DNA of 64,000 bases from NCBI RefSeq assembly GCF_009914755.1, contig NC_060947.1; one strand, 5' to 3'. Position 1 is the stretch's first letter, and every line of letters starts with the position of its first letter. The notes under the pieces are model-generated. The model worked only from the letters and a program-made list of their open reading frames with translations, was not told the DNA's origin and did no database searches. This document shows positions 57,166-64,000 of the stretch, one piece after another. Source of the stretch: the human T2T-CHM13v2.0 reference genome, Homo sapiens. Both the position numbers and the translations under genes were made by a program.

Positions 57166-59699
57166 CTTGAGGTATATCACCAGTTTATTTTTTTGTGCAT
57201 TCTTATGAAAATACAATAGTACTGAGTCCAAGGCTATATCTGGGCTATTTCCAAACCCATCAAAATGAAGGGATAACTTTATACTTTTAGGGTGCCAGAA
57301 AAGACTCTTGAACTTAGTATTTGTCTTATAGCTGTGTGGAATCTAGAAAGCTTTGTACCTTCTTCTCTGCTAGTCCATCCCCTGGTAGTTGCATTTTGTT
57401 TATGCTTTTTTACTAACTCTTCCAACTCACTGGTCTCATTGGTATTCAAATTCATTTTCTTATCATATTCCTCCTAACTTTCTCTTCATATTTCCCCTAA
57501 CTTTAGTGTCTCCCTAAGCTAAATGAAGTTGTCTCCAACTGAACATGTGTAGTTGATAGTAATACAAATAGAATACCTGGCTTTGCATTCTTTGTGATGG
57601 GAAGGTTGGAGATGCTAAAAGAGAAGTGATTAGGAAGGGTGTCCTGAGGAGGGGAGACTGAGACCATTCTCACAATAGCAGGACTGATTTGTCAGTCGGG
57701 GACACATAGAGGTAACCAGGGAGGGTTTCACAGAGAATGAATGGGAAGTTTGTTTTGAACTTGGCCTTTAATATTGGGTGGTATTAGAGTAGTTCAAGAG
57801 GAATCTGGAGAGCAGTTCATATGTGTGCATATTAGTCATATTAGTGATGGATAGAGATAATAGCATATACAGAAAGGGGAAGTGAGTAAAATGTGAAGTA
57901 TATTCTAAGGATAAGCCAGTTTATCTGCAGCTGCGGGTATGTGGGACCAAAGTGAGAGAGCTCAAAAGCCAGACTGTCACTTATCTTGAATTTGTAGGCA
58001 ATGTGGCAACCAGAGTGTAATGCTGAACTTGGCACGTTACTTTCCCTGTCATCCTAGGAGACCTAGGAATTCTCTCAAGACCATTGCCATCATCAATTCA
58101 AGCAGTAATTTCTGAGCTTTCCCAGGTTTGTTCTCTACTTCCCTACAAGAAAGGACATCTCAATTCTTCTCTTGTAACCATCCATTCTTTTTCAGTGTGC
58201 TTCCCCAAGGATTTTTCTAAAGTAATGCCGAACTGGCTATTTTATACCATACTTTTCTTCCCTTGGAGTCCTTGTCCTCCGCTCACCCCCTTTCTCCTCC
58301 ATTTTTTTCATTGGCATTAGTCAAACCCAGAGATAGCTCTCAAGGATGGCTTCTTAAAGAGTATGCAAATACTTGGGATTTTTTTTCTTTCTTTTTCCTC
58401 AAGTCCTCTTCTTTCTCCTATGTATTTTTTTTTCTTTTCTAAGGCTGTATGCAAGTGGTTCTAGCCATCAGCATCCTAAAACAATGTCAGTGATTTCAAC
58501 ATGCCATTGTGTAGGTAGATCAGAGTATTTGGTTTCAGTGCATCTTTCTTGGTGCACTTTGCTTTTAAAGCCTTTGTCATTGTTTAACACTTTTTTTGGT
58601 TGGAAAGAAACCAAAAGATTGATTTATTCTTACTCTGTTTTAACAAAATTTAATTCTTATGTTATACACATTTCTGTCATCATTATTAATAATGATGCAA
58701 TTTAAAACAGCACTATTTGATAATTTTAGTGATTCTTCATGAGGCAGTTGAAAATAAATCTCTACTTTGGAAAGTGTGAAATATTGCAAAGCATAGTTTT
58801 AATGAGGTATACTGAGATGTGGGTTTCTCTTCTGGCCTGAACTTTGTTTGTAAAATTAAGAGAGTTATTTTGCCTTTCTAGGGCTTTTGTCACATGAGGA
58901 GATTAGACTAACTCATTGGTGGGGTTGCTTACAGCTCTAAATCTTCTCTTTGTAGTTAAGCCCAAACCTATCTTGTTTGTATAGTAATTTCAGCCATTAT
59001 CTCCCCCACCCATAACCCTCTAGGAGTATCCACAGTAGAACAACATGAAGGGATCTGAGCCCTGCCGGCACACATTCAGAACAGTTTCTGACTTTGTAAG
59101 ACTAGGTAAATATGGGAAGACTCAAATTGGATCTTTTTAGGGATTGACTACCAATTCAGCTGGGGTATTCTTATATTTCACCTTTTTTTTTTTTTAAGGT
59201 AACAGCTATATGCTGAATTTTACCAGAAAGTACCAAACTGTAGACTCAGCACATAGCCTCCTAATCCTTTTGTCACCACCCACTAAAATAATGAAAGATA
59301 GAGAACTCCTATTTTCACATTACTTCTAGGAAAATATTTTGACAGATTCAGTATGCAGTAAAATGGTAAGCTTTTGTTACGTGTGTTCCAAATCATCTTG
59401 TTATCACTGGATATATCGATTAGTTCAGTACTTTCTGAGCCAGTCATAAAAAAAGACTTCTCTCGTTCTGCATGAAAGAATAAGAGAAATTGAAAGGTAG
59501 ATAACCATATTGATTCAACCCAAATAGTAAATGCAAGGGGCTTTAGACATAAGTCATAAATCTCTTTATGGGAGTTGTAAGTCTGTTTGGTATTTTCTAT
59601 TTGACATGAAAGAAAATAATCTCTAATTAACCATCATTTTAAAGTGAACTATGCTTTGATTTGAGTTTATAATACAGGTGCCAATAACATAAACCTGTT

Positions 59700-59900
59700 A
59701 CCTTTATACTTTGTAGTTTACAAATGCCTTCATATGTCTTATCTTGATCCAGTTCTAATGGGGTCTGGAATTATCATAATTTTCTTTTCTGCAGAAACTT
59801 AGTCTCGGAGAGGCTAAGCGTCACTTGCCTAAAGGCACACAGCCAGCAAATGGCTATGGCAGGACCAGGACCCAGGCTTTTAGTGATACTTCCACGTGGC
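59700..59900 (-). mobile_element. MIR-family SINE
   Basis: ctttgtagtttacaaatgccttcatatgtcttatctt...ggagaggctaagcgtcacttgcctaaaggcacacagccagcaaatggc. Confidence 0.7.
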
Positions 59901-60644
59901 ATTTGGTGTATGGTGTGCTACTGTATATGTATGGGTTAATTTTCTAAAAGTAGCTCCTCTACTGGCACGTAAAGGGCAAGAGAATAATGAGCTGAATCCA
60001 GCTTAAGTTAAAATTCCCTTCTTAGGTTCATATTTCGAAAGTCTGGACCAAACACACCAAAAAGAGCAATTTTTCTTGTGGTATTACAGGTTATAGTCAT
60101 GTGTTTTTCATTTACAAATATGGTGAGAAGTAGTGTTTTTGCAATATTCCTAAATGAGTAACATATGACACAACTTGTTAGAGGACTTTTTCTTGGTTCA
60201 TAAAGTTTCTGAGTTTTTGTGTCTTTAGTGGGATGACTTTATCAGAAATCCTCAGACAACACAGCTAAAATCTAAATTTCTGTGGTTGAAACACAGCCAC
60301 CCTCAAGAGAAACCTTAGATGTAAATGAGAGGTCAGTAAAAAGTGGGTATGAAACTAATTGCTATAGAGGGAGTAAGACTTCTCTCAATTGTTTGAGCCC
60401 CTGAAAAATAGATTAATTTAAAAAAACTGTCTAGGATCATCAAATTGCAAAAGTAGTTAGCAAGGAACAGACAGAATTTGTGACATTTATTCATAGACAC
60501 TAAATGGGTGAGTGTCGCTCTACCTCAGCAAAAGAACGCAGATGGTCCATAGATAGTCTACTTCAGAAAATAACTGTGAAAATAAATGAACTAAGTAGCT
60601 GTGAAAGTTCTCTGAAAAATGTGCAAGACTCTGCAAATGGGAGG

Positions 60645-61072
60645 CATATTAGTTTCCTGTAGCTGCAACAGAATATCACAACTGAGTGGCTTAAAACAAG
60701 AGATTTATTTGCTCACACTTCTGGAGACCAGGAGTCCAAAAAGATGCCACACTCATTCCCAATACTCTAGAGAGAATATTTCTTTGCTTTTAAGTAGCTT
60801 CTGGTGGCCCCAGGCATTTCTTGGCTTGTGGCAGCATCATGACAATCTCTGCCTGCATCTTCACATGGTCTTCTTCTAGGTGTGTCTCTCTGTGTCCTCT
60901 TCTTCTAAGGACATCAGTTATTGGATTTAGGGCCCACCTTATATCCCAGATGATTCATGTCTAGATCCTTAACTACCTCCATCTGAAAATACTATACATG
61001 TATCCAAAAAGGTCACATTCTGAGGTACTGAGTGGACATGAATTTTTAGGGACTAGTATTCAACCCTGTATA
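60645..61072 (-). mobile_element. MaLR LTR, MLT1B-like
   Basis: tattagtttcctgtagctgc...gtggcttaaaacaagagatttatt...gcttctggtggccccaggcatttcttggcttgtggcagcatc...ggatttagggcccacc...aaggtcacattctgaggtact. Confidence 0.83.
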
Positions 61073-61407
61073 AGAGAGGTCATTCTTCCCATTTTTCAGA
61101 CTAAGAATAGAGGGAGTCTATGCTGTGCTCAATGTGAAAAGCCTAAGCCAGTCTTTTGGAGGGAGGTGGGCTTCTCCACCTCAGAACTGACTTCAGGTTT
61201 AGTCCACAATGCTTCTGAGCCAAATCTTTAAGCTGTTCAACTTGACTGCGACTATGAGAAAGACAATGGCTCTGGATAAACTGGTAAAATATAATTGTGC
61301 AAAAATGAGATTTAAAAATCTTTTAGGGAAGTATAAAGTTTCTTTTCACTTAGATAATAGATAAAAAATAATTTATTAGTACAAATTGACTTTTTTGTGA
61401 GCTAGAG

Positions 61408-61731
61408 CTAGGTGGGCAAACCTTTTCTGAAAAATAATTATTTTCTACTATACGGGCTATATGGTCTGTCTGTCACAAATACTTATCTCTGCTATTGTAG
61501 CATGAAAACAACCAAAGACAGTACATAAATGAATGGATATGGGTGTGTGCCAATAAAATTTGATATATGGATACTGAAGCTTGAATATCACATATGTCCA
61601 TGTGTCATGAAATATTCTTTTCCTCTTTTACAAACATCTTAACAGTGTAAAAAATACTCTTAACTTGGGAGCCAAACCACATCAGGCAGTGGGCTGGATT
61701 TGGCTGGCAAAACTTAGTTTGCTGACCCCTG
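61408..61731. mobile_element. hAT-Charlie MITE, MER58B-like
   Basis: Terminal inverted repeat remnants ggtgggcaaac ... gtttgctgacccctg; 8-bp TSD-like agctagag / ggctagat. Confidence 0.8.
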
Positions 61732-63460
61732 GGCTAGATCTAGACAAAGTTTCACACAGCAGAACACATTTTGCTTCTTGTGCCTGTTATCAACAGGAAG
61801 ATGGTTTTTAGAAAGTGGGGAAAGTCAGTTTTGTTCTTGTACAGAGCAAAATCCTAGAGTCAGGAGAGGTATCTATAGTCAAGGAAGAACTGGCCAAGGG
61901 AGTAGAGGCTCTCCCAGGTCTAGGCCTACAGACAGGTGGATGTAAATGTTGTGTACCCAGGATTTGAAATACTCTTTAACACCACAAATCTCACCCTCTA
62001 TTCAAGAGAATCTTTTTTTCTTAGTGACTTATAGGGTGAAGGTCATTTTACCTTTTGCTTCCTTAGAATTAGAGTGTCTGGACTCCCAGCGCAGGAAACC
62101 ATTTGCATACCCAGTCTTGGACTCAGAATCACAAGATGTAAAAGAGGTGACCACAGAGATAACTGCTAAAAGGAAGCCAGCCCTATTATTTTATCTAAGG
62201 AGAAGGTGGCCTAGGCCAAACCCAATTGACATTCTGGAATCCCCTATAGATCAGAAGGACAAAAGCATGTATTTGACTTGGGTGTGGGGAGGTAGAGATT
62301 TCTAAGATTCTTAGAAAAACAAGTCCTCTTGTATAGCCTACGACTTTGAGTCAAATTAGGTGAAAGGGTTGATGGTCTGTGGCATCCCCTACAGGCTTTG
62401 CATAGCTGATGTGTAGGGGTGTTTTAGTATGTGCATGCACGTATGCATGTGTTAGGTGTCCATGTGTCTCTTTGGGGAGGGGGTGCTGAGAAAGCCAGTG
62501 GACTTCTGGAGGAGGCTAGAAATTATGGCATTCTTGGTACTTTCTGAAATTTTTGCCCAGCAGGCAGGGAGATATCTAGGTTCCTAAGTGATGTAGAATG
62601 AAGGAGAAATAACAGACAGGATCTGTTTAGTTAAGGCTTTAAAGATGAGGTGAGGTTCAGCAAGGGCTTTGGGAAACACATGGGTTGATGGAGAAAAAAA
62701 AAAAGGAGGCTGTATCTTAGATGTAATGAACTGCATAAAGCCTTGAAAGTTAGCGGGGCTGTAAGGTCCATGCTTCCTATGAATGGGATCATGTCACTCA
62801 CATCTTAAAGTAGGTATCATAGAAGAATGCTCCAATGATGTTGCAGTTTCATGAAGAAGTTTGGTGTTGGGAGAAGTAGCTGCTATGCTGTATAGTTTCA
62901 AAGTCACTGTTCTCATAGAAAACAGGGTGAATTATGACTTCCAGAGTCAGTTAAGGAGATGGCCCCAGTTCTAGATTGAACCTATGCTTTGGCCTTCCTC
63001 TGCTTGTCAGGTTCTCTTATTCATCTAGACCTTGAAGTGAACTTACTGGGGAAGCTGATTTCCTCTGGGACATCCAGAAATGCCTTCCTTGTGCATCTGC
63101 TGGATATGGAGACCAGGATGTTCATCCTGAGTGGGGTCTGACTAAATGTTCTCTCCTGTGTGTTGAGACCCCCAAAACTGCCTTTCTGCAGTTCTACTCT
63201 ATTTAACTTGAATAAATGTGGCCTTCAGATTCTTGGGAAGATAAGAAGCTCTAACTTCCCTTCCCAGTCAAGATTGATGGATAAAAAGGGCCTACACCAG
63301 AGATGTAAGCCTGAACCCACAATCCACATATATTATAATAAATCTAGAAGGAGTGGTCTTATTCAATACTGGAGGAAAGCATTTAGCTCAAGGACAAACA
63401 TTTTTAAAAACCTAGTGTAACATTTTGAGTGAGTAGTTCACACTGAGTTTGATACTATGA

Positions 63461-63755
<295 letters not shown>

Positions 63756-63837
63756 CGTGATTTTTTTAAACTCTGAAAATATTATCTTACAGACTGTTGG
63801 AAAGATTCACTCGATACCTGTAAAATCCAGTATTTTC

Positions 63838-63970
63838 TTTTATTCATTCATTTACCGAATTTGCATTGAGTGCCCATTGTGTGCCAGGTACCATGCCAGA
63901 AGCTGGAAAACTGAGATGATGACATGTTGCCTTATCTTAGGTAGCTTAAGTCCAGAGATATAGACACAAA
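63838..63970 (-). mobile_element. L2 3'-end fragment
   Basis: ttcattcattt...ttgagtgcccattgtgtgccaggtaccatgccag. Confidence 0.7.
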
Positions 63971-64000
63971 AACAGAAAAGCCACAGTGAAGTATAATAGA

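Overview
This is AT-rich, CpG-depleted, repeat-dense primate genomic DNA. It is almost certainly human, because it carries a near-consensus AluYa5. I recognise it as an internal part of AFF2 (FMR2, the FRAXE gene, Xq28), transcribed on the + strand. The window holds the 3' part of intron 1, coding exon 2 (39415-39547, with a second in-frame donor at 39535), intron 2, the large coding exon 3 (49322-50182, 861 nt, phase 0-0) and the start of intron 3. The rest is intron filled with Alu, L1, L2, MIR, MaLR/ERVL LTRs (including a full-length THE1B with intact target-site duplication, TSD), hAT MITEs and simple repeats. Nearly all other ORFs in the supplied track are repeat-derived or chance. I see no prokaryotic-type system, CRISPR array, rRNA or tRNA. 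The best candidate for something under-described is a circular-RNA architecture: nested inverted Alu pairs, one of them a human-specific AluYa5, flank exon 3 and exons 2+3. The exon-3 circle would carry a stop-free endless ORF, and the exon-2+3 circle a closed 269-aa ORF; both contain the AFF SIAH degron. Repeat subfamily calls come from recalled consensus sequences and by-eye alignment, and boundaries of old repeats (L2, MIR, MLT) are approximate.
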